Part shown: in pieces, positions 7,308-17,178 of the stretch
How the letters are laid out: each line of letters begins with the position of its first letter
Numbering within the stretch: position 1 is the stretch's first letter
NCBI GenBank assembly: GCA_902798825.1
Contig: CADBYI010000009.1
Span: 4,721 to 68,720, forward strand
DNA: 64,000 nt
Direction of reading: 5' to 3'
Origin: an uncultured Eubacteriales bacterium
Lineage (GTDB): Bacteria; Bacillota; Clostridia; Christensenellales; CAG-138
Notes under the pieces: generated by a model
Told to the model about the DNA's origin: nothing
Databases searched by the model: none
What the model saw: the letters and a program-made list of their open reading frames with translations, nothing else
Translations under genes and position numbers: made by a program

Positions 7308-8803
7308 TTTCCATACTCCTTCTGTTCGATGGCCCGCCGGTCGATCTTCCCGTTGGGCAGGTGGGCCAATTCGCTGCGCTGCTCGGTCCGATTGGGGGTC
7401 ATGTAGCCGGGCAGCTTCTGCTTGAGGCCGATGACCAGGTCCCAGGGCTGGGCCGGGCCGGTGTAGAAAAGGTCGATCCGCTGTCGGTCCGCCACATAGA
7501 GGCACACGGCCTCGTGGACCCCGTTCAGGCTCAGGGCGGCGCTTTCGATCTCCCCCAGCTCCACCCGATGGCCCATGTGCTTGATCTGCTGGTCCCGGCG
7601 GCCGATGAAGATCAGATCCCCGTTCTCGTCCAGGCGCCCCCTGTCCCCGGTGCGGTAGCAGACCGCCCCGCTGTCCGGGTCCTCAGGGTCGGGGATCAAA
7701 GCGGCGGCGGTCCGGTCCGGGTCGTGATAGTAGCCCGCCATGACCGAGGGGCCGCCGATGAGGATCTCCCCCTCCCTGTCCAGCTTGCCCTCGTCGTTGA
7801 TTAGATACAGCTTCGTGCCCGGAAAGGGCTTGCCCACGGGGATGGGCTTTGCCGCATCCTGTGGCCCCACGACGGGGTGATAGAAGCTCATGCCCGTGCA
7901 CTCCGTAGCCCCGTACAGCTGGAAGATCCGGGCGTCGGGGCAGGCCTTTTGCCAGGCCGCCAGGTGCTTTGGGGGGAAGGTCTCGCTGCCGAAGCACATG
8001 AGCTTCAGATGCTCCGGCACGATGGCGTAGAAGGTCCGAAGCCGGGCCACCAGGCTGAAGGCGGAGGACACCCAGCACAGGGCGTTGATCCTCCGCTCGT
8101 TGATATATTCGATCAGGGCCATGGGGTTCACGAACAGCTCCCGGGGCAGCAGGTAGGCCGTGGCCCCCTTCACCATGACCCCCAGCAGCTCCTTGAGCCA
8201 GGCGTCGAAATACAGGGGGGACTGGATGCCGAAGATCAGGCTCTCGTCGAAGCCCAAAGCTTCCGGCAGGGTGGCGGCGTAGTCGAGCAGGCTCCTTTCC
8301 CGGATGGACACCCCCTTCGGTTCCCCGGTGGAGCCGGAGGTGAACACCACGTAGGACAGGGCGTCCCCGTCGCTTTCCTCCCGCAGCCGCGCCGGGCCCG
8401 GGAAGGCCGCCGCCTGGGTGTAAACCATATGCCGGGCCGCCGGGCAAAGGCCCTGAGCGGCGGTGAGATTCTTTTCGTCCGTCAGGATGAACCGGGGGCT
8501 CAGGGTGCGCACGATCCGCTCCAGCCGCTCCCGGGGCATCTGCTCGTCCAGAGGCACATAGAAGCAGCCCGCCTCCATGACCCCCAGAAAGGCCGCGATC
8601 TGGTGGGCGCTGCGCTCCATGAGGACCCCCACGGGCTCCCCCTGGGCGCCGCCGTTTTTCAGGCAGGCCCCCACGTTGGCCGCCGCCTGCCGCAGCTCAC
8701 GGAAGCTTAGCCCCCGCTCCCCGTCGGCAAAGGCCAGCTTGTCCGGGAGCCGATCGGCGGTGGCGTTGAGATAGGATAAAAAGCTTTTCATATGAATCCC
8801 CAT
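7304..8803 (-). CDS. AMP-forming adenylation enzyme, DltA-like carrier-protein ligase
   Basis: FTSGSTGEPKGV, YGATE and YRTGDRG are ANL-superfamily motifs, and the ~495-aa size matches DltA. The alternative start ATG 8791 (MKSFLSYL) has the better RBS. Confidence 0.8.
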   Translation of the reverse strand: MGIHMKSFLSYLNATADRLPDKLAFADGERGLSFRELRQAAANVGACLKNGGAQGEPVGVLMERSAHQIAAFLGVMEAGCFYVPLDEQMPRERLERIVRTLSPRFILTDEKNLTAAQGLCPAARHMVYTQAAAFPGPARLREESDGDALSYVVFTSGSTGEPKGVSIRERSLLDYAATLPEALGFDESLIFGIQSPLYFDAWLKELLGVMVKGATAYLLPRELFVNPMALIEYINERRINALCWVSSAFSLVARLRTFYAIVPEHLKLMCFGSETFPPKHLAAWQKACPDARIFQLYGATECTGMSFYHPVVGPQDAAKPIPVGKPFPGTKLYLINDEGKLDREGEILIGGPSVMAGYYHDPDRTAAALIPDPEDPDSGAVCYRTGDRGRLDENGDLIFIGRRDQQIKHMGHRVELGEIESAALSLNGVHEAVCLYVADRQRIDLFYTGPAQPWDLVIGLKQKLPGYMTPNRTEQRSELAHLPNGKIDRRAIEQKEYGK

Positions 8804-8865
8804 TCTTTATAAGCTTTTACGTTCAGAGATCCCTCGCTCGACGCTCGGGATGACAAGAGGGGGCC

Positions 8866-9531
8866 TTACTGGTCCGCGGCCACCCGATACTCCATGGAGG
8901 CGATGCGGCGCGGGCCCCCGTCGATCTCCTTCACCTGGACCAGCAGCAGAACGCCGCCCGCCCGGTAGGTGTAGAGCCCGTTCACGTCCTCCCCGCCCAG
9001 GGTGTCCAGGAGTTTCTCCTCCTCGTCGTAGATGCGCAGCCCCTGAGGTATGGTCACGGTGTCGTCCGCCACGGTGATGGCGGTGATGCGCTCCACGCCC
9101 TCCACCTCGTTCACCGTCAGCTCGAAGCCCGGATAGTAGTAGAACAGGTCCTTGCCGATGTAGGCGCAGCTGTCGGCCTCGAAGCTCCCCATGGGGGCCC
9201 CCAGGGCCTCCAGCACCGGCGCGGCCTCCATCATGGGCTCCATGCGCACGCCCTTGCTTTCAAAGTACAGCTCCAAAGCGGGCTCCGCTTCCGACTCCTC
9301 TGCCGCCGCAGGCTCGGCCGATTCAGCCGCCGCCTGGGGGACCGCCTCCGCCGCCTGGGGCTGGGCCGCCGGGGCCGGGGCCTCCGTGGGGGCCGCCGTA
9401 GCCTGGACGGCGTTGGGGTCCAGATAGACCACCCCTTCCTTCTCGGCGGGCCGGGGGGCCGGTTCGCCGCCGCAGCCTATTAAACAAGCCAGCAGCACCA
9501 GGGCCAGGGCCCAGATCATCCCTTTTTTCAT
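8866..9531 (-). CDS. Putative lipoprotein with an Ala/Pro/Glu-rich linker
   Basis: The start at the internal ATG 9531 overlaps the upstream stop (ATGA). MKKGMIWALALVLLACLIGCGG carries a lipobox. I recognised no family. Confidence 0.55.
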   Translation of the reverse strand: MKKGMIWALALVLLACLIGCGGEPAPRPAEKEGVVYLDPNAVQATAAPTEAPAPAAQPQAAEAVPQAAAESAEPAAAEESEAEPALELYFESKGVRMEPMMEAAPVLEALGAPMGSFEADSCAYIGKDLFYYYPGFELTVNEVEGVERITAITVADDTVTIPQGLRIYDEEEKLLDTLGGEDVNGLYTYRAGGVLLLVQVKEIDGGPRRIASMEYRVAADQ

Positions 9532-10565
9532 CCGTCTACCTCCGCTTTCGCCCGCTTCTCCCGGGCATATCGCTCCGACAAATCGCTGTATTGGGCGGCC
9601 GCCACCGGGTCCAGCCGCTGATCCTCGATGAGTCCCCTTTCCTTCAGGTGCTCCCCCAGCCAACGGGTGTACTTCTCCGCCCCGTATACGTTCAGGTGAA
9701 TGCCCCCGTCGTAGGTGTCGGTGCTAAGGTCGATGCCCATGTCCTCCATGAGGGGGATGGCGTTGATATACTCCACCCGGTTCTGTTCGGCGTAATCCGC
9801 CAGCCACAAATCCCACTCCGGATACCAGGCCGGATACAGGCAGGGGCTCTTCACCAGGATCAGGGCGATGTCCTTCTCCCGGCACAGGGAGACGATCCGA
9901 TTCAGATACTCCACCGGCTTGTCCCCGAAGGACGGTTCCTGGAGCGCCGGCGCCGCGGGGAGCCGGGTGTAGGGCACCTGCTCCGTCCGCATGAGATAGC
10001 CGTTGTAGGTGAGCTCCGGCCCCTGAAAGAGGTACAGGGTGTCCTCCGCCGTAAGCTCGAACAGCCGGTCGTGATACCGCAAAAGGGGCAGATAATAGCT
10101 GATCTCGCTTTCCCCCTCCGTCAGGGAAGCCCGGACGGCCTCGAACTTTTCTTTGCTCAGGCGCATGCCGTCCAGGGTCATCCGGTTGTAGGCTTCGCTC
10201 TGGGGCTCGGCATAGCGCAGGGAGCAGACGGACAGGACCACCGCCCGGGGGGTCTCGACCTTCAGCATCTCGCTGAGCAGATAGTAGCTCTGCCACATGA
10301 GCTGCTGGGCGCTGCCCCGGATATAGCTGGTGGCCCCGAACTCCTCGAACAGGGTCACCGGGGAGAAGCTTTCGTATACCTCGCAGTCCCCCACGAAGAG
10401 GACTTGGTGCCCCTCGTTCCGGTGGGTGTACCAGTTCTCCACCATGCTCCCCTCCAACGTGACGCCGGAGGCGTACTTGGGCCGGACCAGGCGGCCCAGG
10501 CCCCACAGCAGCAGACCGGCCAGCACCAGGGTGAACACCGGGGCGATCCAACGGTTACGTTTCAT
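9528..10565 (-). CDS. Membrane-anchored SGNH/GDSL-like protein (DltD-like position)
   Basis: There is an N-terminal TM helix (WIAPVFTLVLAGLLLWGL). Block I is LFVGDCEVYE (Cys where GDS has Ser) and block V is DGGIHLN. It is the first gene of the operon. Confidence 0.5.
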   Translation of the reverse strand: MKRNRWIAPVFTLVLAGLLLWGLGRLVRPKYASGVTLEGSMVENWYTHRNEGHQVLFVGDCEVYESFSPVTLFEEFGATSYIRGSAQQLMWQSYYLLSEMLKVETPRAVVLSVCSLRYAEPQSEAYNRMTLDGMRLSKEKFEAVRASLTEGESEISYYLPLLRYHDRLFELTAEDTLYLFQGPELTYNGYLMRTEQVPYTRLPAAPALQEPSFGDKPVEYLNRIVSLCREKDIALILVKSPCLYPAWYPEWDLWLADYAEQNRVEYINAIPLMEDMGIDLSTDTYDGGIHLNVYGAEKYTRWLGEHLKERGLIEDQRLDPVAAAQYSDLSERYAREKRAKAEVDG

Positions 10566-10629
10566 AGATGTCTCCCATCATGCGCCAAAGGCGCAGCGTC
10601 CTATAAAGATAAGCCTTCCGGCCAAATTT

Positions 10630-12714
10630 TCACCAATCCCTGACGAACCGCTTCGTGGCCGTCTCGGGATAGACCTTGTGGTCGTACTTCCAGAAGAAGG
10701 GGTACAGATCCAGAACCTCCTCCGTGGTGAGCATGAAGCACTCGAACTTCCGGCTGGGGCCGCTGTTCAGGGGGTCGAAGTGGTACCAGCCCGAGCCCAG
10801 GTCCACCATGAGCCAGTAGTGGCGGTTGGCGCTGTATCTCGTCACGAACATGACCTTGGCCCCGATATCCTCCAGCAGCTTTTTGGCCGCCGCGCAGAAG
10901 GTGAAGCAGTCCCCCCTCCGGGTGGTGAGCCCCCGCCAGGCCTCGTACTTCCAGTCCCGCTTGTTGGACCGCTCCCGGAAGGTGAAGGTGTCGTACACGT
11001 AGCGATAGATGGCGTAGGCCTTCTGCCCGCGGGTCATGTCGTCGGTGACGATCTTGGCCAGGACCTTGTCCGCCGCCGCCTGCAGCTCCTCGTCGGTGAC
11101 CGTGGGGCGGATGATGTACAGATACACCCGCTTCTCGGCGGTGTTCCCCGCCCGGTCCGTGGCCCGGTAGGTCACCGGGTACACGCCCACCCTGGACATG
11201 TCCACGGCGGAGTTGTCCACGGTCAGGGGCACCGGCCCGTCCGCTTCGTCCATGGCCGTGGCCTGGGCGAAGTAGGCCACCGCCTCTCCCATATACACGT
11301 ATTGGGTCACGGCCCCCAGGATCTTCGGGGGCTCCGTGTCCTGTATCACGTCCACCGTGCCCTCGATCTCGGTGCGGTTGCCGCTGCCGTCCACCGCCGC
11401 CACGGTCACGGGCTGGGGGCCCTCCCGTGTCCAGTCGGGCTCCGCCACATAGGAGAAGGTCAGGGCGGTCTCGTCCTCCGCCACGGACAAAAGGGCCTCC
11501 GGGGCCAGGGGATGATCCACATAGGCCCGAAGCTGTCTCGGGAAGGCCAGCAGGGGCGCCGTGGTGTCCACCACGTAGAGCCGCTGGATGGAAAGCTCCT
11601 CGTCCACCATGGCGTTGATGTCGTAGCAGCCCACGGCCTTGGGCACGAACCGGGCCACCTTCACCTCGCCGGTGAAGCCGGCGTCCAGCTCCCGCTGCCG
11701 CTGGGCCAGGGCGGGGCCCGTCACGCTCCGGCGGCTGGCCTCCCAGACCAGGGGCGCTAAATCGGAGATGAGGACGGTGACCTGTCCCTCGGTCCGGTTG
11801 CCCCCCGCGTCCGTCACGGCCACGGTCAGGGTCTGATACCCCCGCCGGGTCCAGTCCGGGTCGGGATCGAAGGCCACGGTCAGGGCGGAGGCGTCCGCGG
11901 CATCCGTCACCAGGCTTTCGGCCGACAGGGCCTGGCCCGGTTTGGTCCAGGGTATCTCGGCGGAAAAGGCGCAGACCGGCGGGACCGTGTCAGCGACCAG
12001 CAGGGCGGTCTCGTACACCTGTCCCTCGGCCTCCACCTCGATCATATGGACCCCGGGCACGGCGGTGTCCACGGTGCTAAGGTCCGTGACGAACCGGCCG
12101 GCCATGGTGTCGTTGGGCAAAAAATCTTCCAGGGGCGGCACCGGCTCCCCGGCCTCGATGCTAAGGCGGGCCACCGGGCCCAGAACGGTGCAGGTGCTGT
12201 CCACGAAGCTCACGTTCCCGGACATATCCTCGAGCCGCACCACCACTGGCCACTCCCCCGCCTGATGAAACTTCGGCGCTGTCTCGAAGGACACGCCCAC
12301 CAGCTGGGCGTCCGCCAGGTCCGCGATGAACCGATCGGCCCCGCATTCCTCGTCCACCCCCAGCACCTGCTCTACGCCCCGGGCCGCCGGGGCCGTGGTG
12401 TCCACCAGGCGGACCTTGGCGATTCGGGGGCCGTCCTTCCCGGCCACCAGGACCAGCGCCTCGCCGGGCCGGGTCCAGTCGATCCGATCGGTGTCGAAGC
12501 ACCAGCGGCCCTCGCCCCCGTCCTTCAACAGGGCGGACGCGGAGGGCAGGGCGCCGGTGAGCTCCAGCACCGTCAGGGGCCGGACTTGCCGATACAGCCA
12601 ACGATAGGCCCCCACCGGCACGGCCACCAAAAGCAGCAGGCCCATGAGCAGGAGCCATGGCCATTGAACCCTATGCGCTTGTCGCTCCTGTACGTCTTCC
12701 ACCGCCGCCTCCAA
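10630..12714 (-). CDS. Membrane-anchored surface protein with Ig-like repeats and a C-terminal transglutaminase-like cysteine-protease core
   Basis: 694 aa with an N-terminal TM segment. There are repeated ~90-aa segments (...DTTAP...), and the C-terminus RGDCFTFCAAAKKLL...HYWLMVDLGSGWYHFDP shows a Cys-His-Asp arrangement. Confidence 0.7.
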   Translation of the reverse strand: MEAAVEDVQERQAHRVQWPWLLLMGLLLLVAVPVGAYRWLYRQVRPLTVLELTGALPSASALLKDGGEGRWCFDTDRIDWTRPGEALVLVAGKDGPRIAKVRLVDTTAPAARGVEQVLGVDEECGADRFIADLADAQLVGVSFETAPKFHQAGEWPVVVRLEDMSGNVSFVDSTCTVLGPVARLSIEAGEPVPPLEDFLPNDTMAGRFVTDLSTVDTAVPGVHMIEVEAEGQVYETALLVADTVPPVCAFSAEIPWTKPGQALSAESLVTDAADASALTVAFDPDPDWTRRGYQTLTVAVTDAGGNRTEGQVTVLISDLAPLVWEASRRSVTGPALAQRQRELDAGFTGEVKVARFVPKAVGCYDINAMVDEELSIQRLYVVDTTAPLLAFPRQLRAYVDHPLAPEALLSVAEDETALTFSYVAEPDWTREGPQPVTVAAVDGSGNRTEIEGTVDVIQDTEPPKILGAVTQYVYMGEAVAYFAQATAMDEADGPVPLTVDNSAVDMSRVGVYPVTYRATDRAGNTAEKRVYLYIIRPTVTDEELQAAADKVLAKIVTDDMTRGQKAYAIYRYVYDTFTFRERSNKRDWKYEAWRGLTTRRGDCFTFCAAAKKLLEDIGAKVMFVTRYSANRHYWLMVDLGSGWYHFDPLNSGPSRKFECFMLTTEEVLDLYPFFWKYDHKVYPETATKRFVRDW

Positions 12715-12839
12715 ATCTTGACTTCGTTATCATAGAAGAAAACGCCCCCGATGTCAATAAAACGGGAAAAGTTGACTTGTAAATTGCTGTCAAAAGGGCG
12801 TATACTGATGGCGAAAAAGCAAAGAAAAAGGAGGCACCC

Positions 12840-14303
12840 ATGCCCTGCACCACCATCTTAGTCGGCAAGCGCGCCAGCAACGACGCGTCCACCATGATCG
12901 CCCGGACCGACGACGGCCATTTCGACGTGAAGAAGCTGGTCGTCGTGGAGCCGAAGGACCAGAAGAAAAAGTATAAGAGCGTCATCTCCCATGTGGAGGT
13001 GGACCTGCCCGAAGAACCCCTCCGCTACACCGCCTGCCCCAGCGTGGACCTTTCCCACGGCGTCTGGGCGGCCACGGGCATCAACGCCGCCAACGTGGGC
13101 ATGACCGCCACCGAGACCATCACCTCCAATCCCCGGGTCCTGGCGGCGGACCCGCTGGTGGTCTATCAAAAGGCCCAAAAGCGGGGCGAAAAGGACGTGC
13201 CCGGCGGCATCGGCGAGGAGGACATCATCGTGCTGGTGCTGCCCTATATCCGCACCGCCCGGGAGGGGGTGCTGCGCCTTGCCTCCCTGCTCGAGAAGTA
13301 CGGCACCTATGAAAGCAACGGCATCGCCTTCAACGACGAGAACGAGGTGTGGTGGATGGAGACCGTGGGCGGCCACCACTGGCTGGCAAGGCGGGTCCCC
13401 GACGAGCAGGTGGTCATCGCCCCCAACCAGTTCGGCATGGACGGGTTCAATTTGGACGACGCCTTCGGTGAAAAAAAGGCCCACCTGTGCTCGGCGGACC
13501 TTCGGGCGTTCATCGCCGAGAACCGGCTGGACTGCAACCAGGGCGGCCGGTTCAATCCCCGGGACGTGTTCGGCTCCCATCGGGACATGGACCACATCTA
13601 CAACACGCCCCGGGCCTGGTTCATGGGAAGGTATCTGTGCCCCTTCTCCCACAGCTGGGAGGGGCCTGACGCCGAGTTTGGCCCGGAGAGCGATGACATC
13701 CCCTGGGCCCTGGTGCCGGATCGGAAGGTGTGCGTGGAGGACGTGAAGTATCTGCTGTCCGCCCACTTCCAGGGCACGGAATATGACCCCTACACCAACC
13801 GGGACACGGGCAAGCGGGGCATGTACCGGTCCATCGGCATCAACCGGACGGGGGTGGCCGCCCTGTGCCAGGTCCGCAGCCATGTGCCGGAGCCCATCAA
13901 GGGTCTCGAATGGGTCTGCTTCGGGCCCACCACCTTCGACGCGCTGCTGCCCGTGTACACCAACGTGGCGAAGATGCCCGCCTATCTGTCCCAGGTCACC
14001 ATGGACGTGTCCACGGACAATTTCTATTGGTCCAGCCGGCTGCTGGCCGCCCTTTCGGACCCCCACTTCGCCCAGACGGCCCAGCTCATGGAGCGGTATC
14101 AGGACGCGGTGATCACCAAAGGTCGGCAGATCGTGAGGGAATACGATCTAAAGGTGGCCGAATCCGGGGACTTCTCCCTGACCGCAGAGGCCAACGAGGC
14201 CCTGGCCGCCATGGCCCGCCGGGAGACCGCCAAGGCCCTGAACGGGATCGTCCAGGTGGCCAGCGAGCGCATGCGGGACGGCTACGACCGGGCGGATAAT
14301 TGA
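12840..14303 (+). CDS. C69-family dipeptidase
   Basis: MPCTTILVGKRASNDASTMIARTDDG has an N-terminal nucleophile Cys at position 3. The 487-aa size is typical of PepD-type C69 peptidases. Confidence 0.85.
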   Translation: MPCTTILVGKRASNDASTMIARTDDGHFDVKKLVVVEPKDQKKKYKSVISHVEVDLPEEPLRYTACPSVDLSHGVWAATGINAANVGMTATETITSNPRVLAADPLVVYQKAQKRGEKDVPGGIGEEDIIVLVLPYIRTAREGVLRLASLLEKYGTYESNGIAFNDENEVWWMETVGGHHWLARRVPDEQVVIAPNQFGMDGFNLDDAFGEKKAHLCSADLRAFIAENRLDCNQGGRFNPRDVFGSHRDMDHIYNTPRAWFMGRYLCPFSHSWEGPDAEFGPESDDIPWALVPDRKVCVEDVKYLLSAHFQGTEYDPYTNRDTGKRGMYRSIGINRTGVAALCQVRSHVPEPIKGLEWVCFGPTTFDALLPVYTNVAKMPAYLSQVTMDVSTDNFYWSSRLLAALSDPHFAQTAQLMERYQDAVITKGRQIVREYDLKVAESGDFSLTAEANEALAAMARRETAKALNGIVQVASERMRDGYDRADN

Positions 14304-14387
14304 GAGGAAGGATTGAAAGCATGCCCCCTTTCTTGTAAGAAAGGGGGCCCCAAAGAACTTTTATTTGAGATAAGCTGTTGAATTGCT

Positions 14388-14418
14388 AAGCCTATTATCC
14401 CAATAGGCTTTTCTTTTT
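14388..14418 (+). terminator. Rho-independent terminator after the dipeptidase gene
   Basis: Stem aagcctatt/aataggctt, loop atccc, followed by TTcTTTTT. Confidence 0.6.
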
Positions 14419-14474
14419 GCGCCGCTTTTTCCTCTTTCTCCAAAGAGAAATAGCGGCAAAAGAAATACTGTTTC

Positions 14475-15920
14475 TTATATATCCGTCTCGGCGGTCAGTA
14501 TCCGCACATGCTTGCCCAGGTGCCGGACCAGGGCGGCGTAGTAGTCCTCCTCGTGCTCCGCCATGGTGCGGAAGAAGGCGTCCTTGAACCAGGGCTGCTC
14601 CAGCAGCAGGCCATAGGTGATGTGCACGGTCTGGCGGGCGGCGGGCAGGTTCATATACTCGGGCAGATAGGCGTCGTTTTCAAGATCAATGTTGGGGATC
14701 TCGTTCACGTCGGTGGACACGTGGTAATACTTCTCCGCCTCGGGGCGATGCTCCAGGGCGAACTTGTGGGCCCGGCGATACAGGTCCGGATTCACCTCGC
14801 TGACCACCCGCATGGCCTCCAGCCAGCTGGTGCCGGCAGTCTTCACGTGGATGTGCCCCTTGGTGACCCGGCCCACGGTGGAGAACACGGCGAACTTGTC
14901 GGAGCCGGAGTGGAGGGACAGCTTGTAGCCGAAGTGGTCGGCGATCTGCTGATGGACCACGAAATCGCGGGCGAAGTCGTTGAGATTGCCCGCGTACTCG
15001 ATGCCCTTCTCGAAGGCGCCGGAGAAGTGGGGCGCCACGCTGATGGGGGTGATGCCCGCGGCGTGGAGCTCGTTGCCCACCACGAAATGCTCGGCGGGGG
15101 TGGTGATGGTCAATGTCTCGTCGATGGACAGCTCGAAGTCCACGGGCACGGTCTTGATCTCGTCGATGTAGCGATAGCACTCTATGGCGTGGTCGATGCC
15201 CTTATGGAACACGATGACGATCCGGCGCAGCTCCTCGGCGGACAGGCTCCCGATGATGGGCAGGTCCTTGTCCAGATAGACATCCTCGTAGTGGGCGCGG
15301 ACGGCCTCGGGCAGGGCGGCGTAGAGGGCGTCGATCTCCGCCTGGGGGAAGGTGACGGCCTTCTGGTTGATCTGCTCGGAGCAGTCCAGCGTCACCATGG
15401 TGCAGCCGGCGGAAAGGGCGTATTGGATCTCAGCCTTGGTCTTCAGATGGTCGCCGTCGGCGCCGTAGCCCTTCTTGTAGCCCTCCTGGAACACGTTGAA
15501 GGCGGCGGCACTGATCACGTCCTGGAAGGTCCGGTGGGTCAAATTCAGCTCCCGGATGGACTGCTGGGCCAGGACCGGATAGATGTCGTGGTCCCCCAGG
15601 GCCCGGATATGGCCGGGGCTGGCCAGGCCCAGCCGATCGCCGAAGCCCATGGTGAACCTGTGCCCCTTGTGGCTGGCGGGCTTGGTGTAGGGGAAGAGCC
15701 CCATCAGCGCCGCGGCGTTCTCGTTGGACAGGGGGCAGAGTCTGAGCCCCTTCTCCTCCGTGCCGGAAAAGGCGTCGGCCCTCTCCCCCGCCACGGCCAG
15801 GCACTTGTCAAGGCCCCGGCGGACCAGGGCGGCCACGGTCCCCTCGCTCTCGTCCACGGAGCGCTCGTATACGAACAGATCGGTCTCGGCCAGCAGGGCC
15901 CGGAACATATCCACGGTCAT
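14475..15920 (-). CDS. uxaE: Tagaturonate/fructuronate epimerase-like protein (UxaE family)
   Basis: 481 aa. The blocks FTMGFGDRLGLASPGHI, VLAQQSIRELNLT, GYGADGDHLK and HSGSDKF are as I remember for UxaE-type TIM-barrel epimerases. This is a family call from memory only. Confidence 0.55.
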   Translation of the reverse strand: MTVDMFRALLAETDLFVYERSVDESEGTVAALVRRGLDKCLAVAGERADAFSGTEEKGLRLCPLSNENAAALMGLFPYTKPASHKGHRFTMGFGDRLGLASPGHIRALGDHDIYPVLAQQSIRELNLTHRTFQDVISAAAFNVFQEGYKKGYGADGDHLKTKAEIQYALSAGCTMVTLDCSEQINQKAVTFPQAEIDALYAALPEAVRAHYEDVYLDKDLPIIGSLSAEELRRIVIVFHKGIDHAIECYRYIDEIKTVPVDFELSIDETLTITTPAEHFVVGNELHAAGITPISVAPHFSGAFEKGIEYAGNLNDFARDFVVHQQIADHFGYKLSLHSGSDKFAVFSTVGRVTKGHIHVKTAGTSWLEAMRVVSEVNPDLYRRAHKFALEHRPEAEKYYHVSTDVNEIPNIDLENDAYLPEYMNLPAARQTVHITYGLLLEQPWFKDAFFRTMAEHEEDYYAALVRHLGKHVRILTAETDI

Positions 15921-15937
15921 CTTTTTTCGTCTCCTTT

Positions 15938-15951
15938 TGCAATCGATTTTA
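15938..15951. promoter_or_regulatory. LacI-family-type operator (site 1) upstream of uxaE
   Basis: tgcaatcgatttta matches TGNAANCGNTTNCA at 13/14 positions. It lies 18 nt upstream of the uxaE start. Confidence 0.5.
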
Positions 15952-16047
15952 TACGATCAGTATAGGGAATCCCGGCAAAAAAGTCAAGAGCGCCCATGGG
16001 GCCGCCGTCCGGGGCCGGCCCCCCGGTGCAACAGGTTTCTGCACGTG

Positions 16048-16076
16048 TTGACAATTCCAAATTTTCCCTGTAAAAT
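16048..16076 (+). promoter_or_regulatory. Sigma-A-type promoter of the LacI-family regulator
   Basis: TTGACA (16048-16053), 17-nt spacer, TAAAAT (16071-16076). Confidence 0.55.
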
Positions 16077-16107
16077 GGGGTAGAAATAACTGAAAAAGGC
16101 GGCAGAT

Positions 16108-17118
16108 ATGCAGATCACGATCTACGATATCGCCCGAATGGCGAATGTTTCGGCAAGCACGGTTTCACGGGTGGTGAACAACAAGCCCAACGTGAACCCC
16201 AAGACCCGGGCCCGCATCCTGAAGCTCCTGGCCGAGCACAACTATGTGCCCAACGAAGCCGCCCGGGGGTTGGTCACCCAGAACAGCCACATGATCGGCA
16301 TCCTTCTCACCGACATCCGCACCACCCATCACACCCAGGGCGTCTACTATATCGAGCAGGAACTGAGCCGCCATGGGTATTCCTGCATCATCCACAACAC
16401 GGGCCGGGACGAGCAGAACTGGGTCCACTACATCCAGGAGCTGCGCCAGCGGAAGGTGGAGGCCCTGATCCTCATGGGGTCCATCTACCAGAGCGACACC
16501 ATGAAGGAGGCCATCGCCCTGTATCTGCCGGATCTGCCCGTGGTCATCTGCAACGGCTACTTCTCCGCCCCCAACGTATACGGGATCGTGTCCGACGAGC
16601 AGGGCGGCGTGATGGAGTGCACGGGCCTGCTGCAGCGAACGGGCTGCCGCCGCCCCGCCTTCCTCATGAGCCGGTCCACCCCCAGCAACGAGCTGAAGAA
16701 GCAGGGCTATCTGGACGGCATGGGCCGATACTTTCCGGGCCTTGCCCCCCTGGCCCGGGAGATCGAGCCCGGGGCCGAATCCACCATCGCCGGCACCCGG
16801 GCCCTGCTCGGGGAGCATCCGGACGTGGACGGGATCATCTTCTCCGACGACAACATGGCCATGGTGGGGCTTCGGGCCCTGGTGGACCTTGACAAGCGGG
16901 TGCCCGAGGACGTGCAGGTCATCGGCATCAACAACGCCCCCTTCTCCAGCCTCACCATCCCCTCCCTGACCTCCCTGGACAACATGCTCTACGACGTGTC
17001 CATGACCGCCGTGCGCCACGTGCTGGCCCTGCTTTTGGGCCAGCGGGTCAGCAAGAAGATGTTCATCAGCACCGAGGTGGTGGTCCGCGCGTCCACCCTG
17101 CCCCAGGCTGCATATTGA
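16108..17118 (+). CDS. LacI-family transcriptional regulator
   Basis: The N-terminal HTH is MQITIYDIARMANVSASTVSRVVNNKPNV. The rest is a periplasmic-binding-protein-like sugar-binding core (336 aa). Confidence 0.9.
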   Translation: MQITIYDIARMANVSASTVSRVVNNKPNVNPKTRARILKLLAEHNYVPNEAARGLVTQNSHMIGILLTDIRTTHHTQGVYYIEQELSRHGYSCIIHNTGRDEQNWVHYIQELRQRKVEALILMGSIYQSDTMKEAIALYLPDLPVVICNGYFSAPNVYGIVSDEQGGVMECTGLLQRTGCRRPAFLMSRSTPSNELKKQGYLDGMGRYFPGLAPLAREIEPGAESTIAGTRALLGEHPDVDGIIFSDDNMAMVGLRALVDLDKRVPEDVQVIGINNAPFSSLTIPSLTSLDNMLYDVSMTAVRHVLALLLGQRVSKKMFISTEVVVRASTLPQAAY

Positions 17119-17178
17119 CACAGCCGCCGAAAGGCGGGTATACTCTATTCGATTTTCGATCATCAGGAGGAATTGAAC

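Noticed and set aside
14324-14347. Hairpin ccccctttctt/aagaaaggggg after the dipeptidase gene, and the similar gcacctttctt/aagaaaggtgc at 17631-17654, considered as a shared mobile repeat.
   Set aside because: Only the inner ctttctt..aagaaag core is shared. Both sit where terminators are expected, so convergent terminator-like structure is the simpler explanation.
16027-16040. tgcaacaggtttct upstream of the LacI-family gene, considered as an autoregulatory operator.
   Set aside because: It matches the TGNAANCGNTTNCA consensus at only 12/14 positions and lacks the central CG. That is too weak to call.
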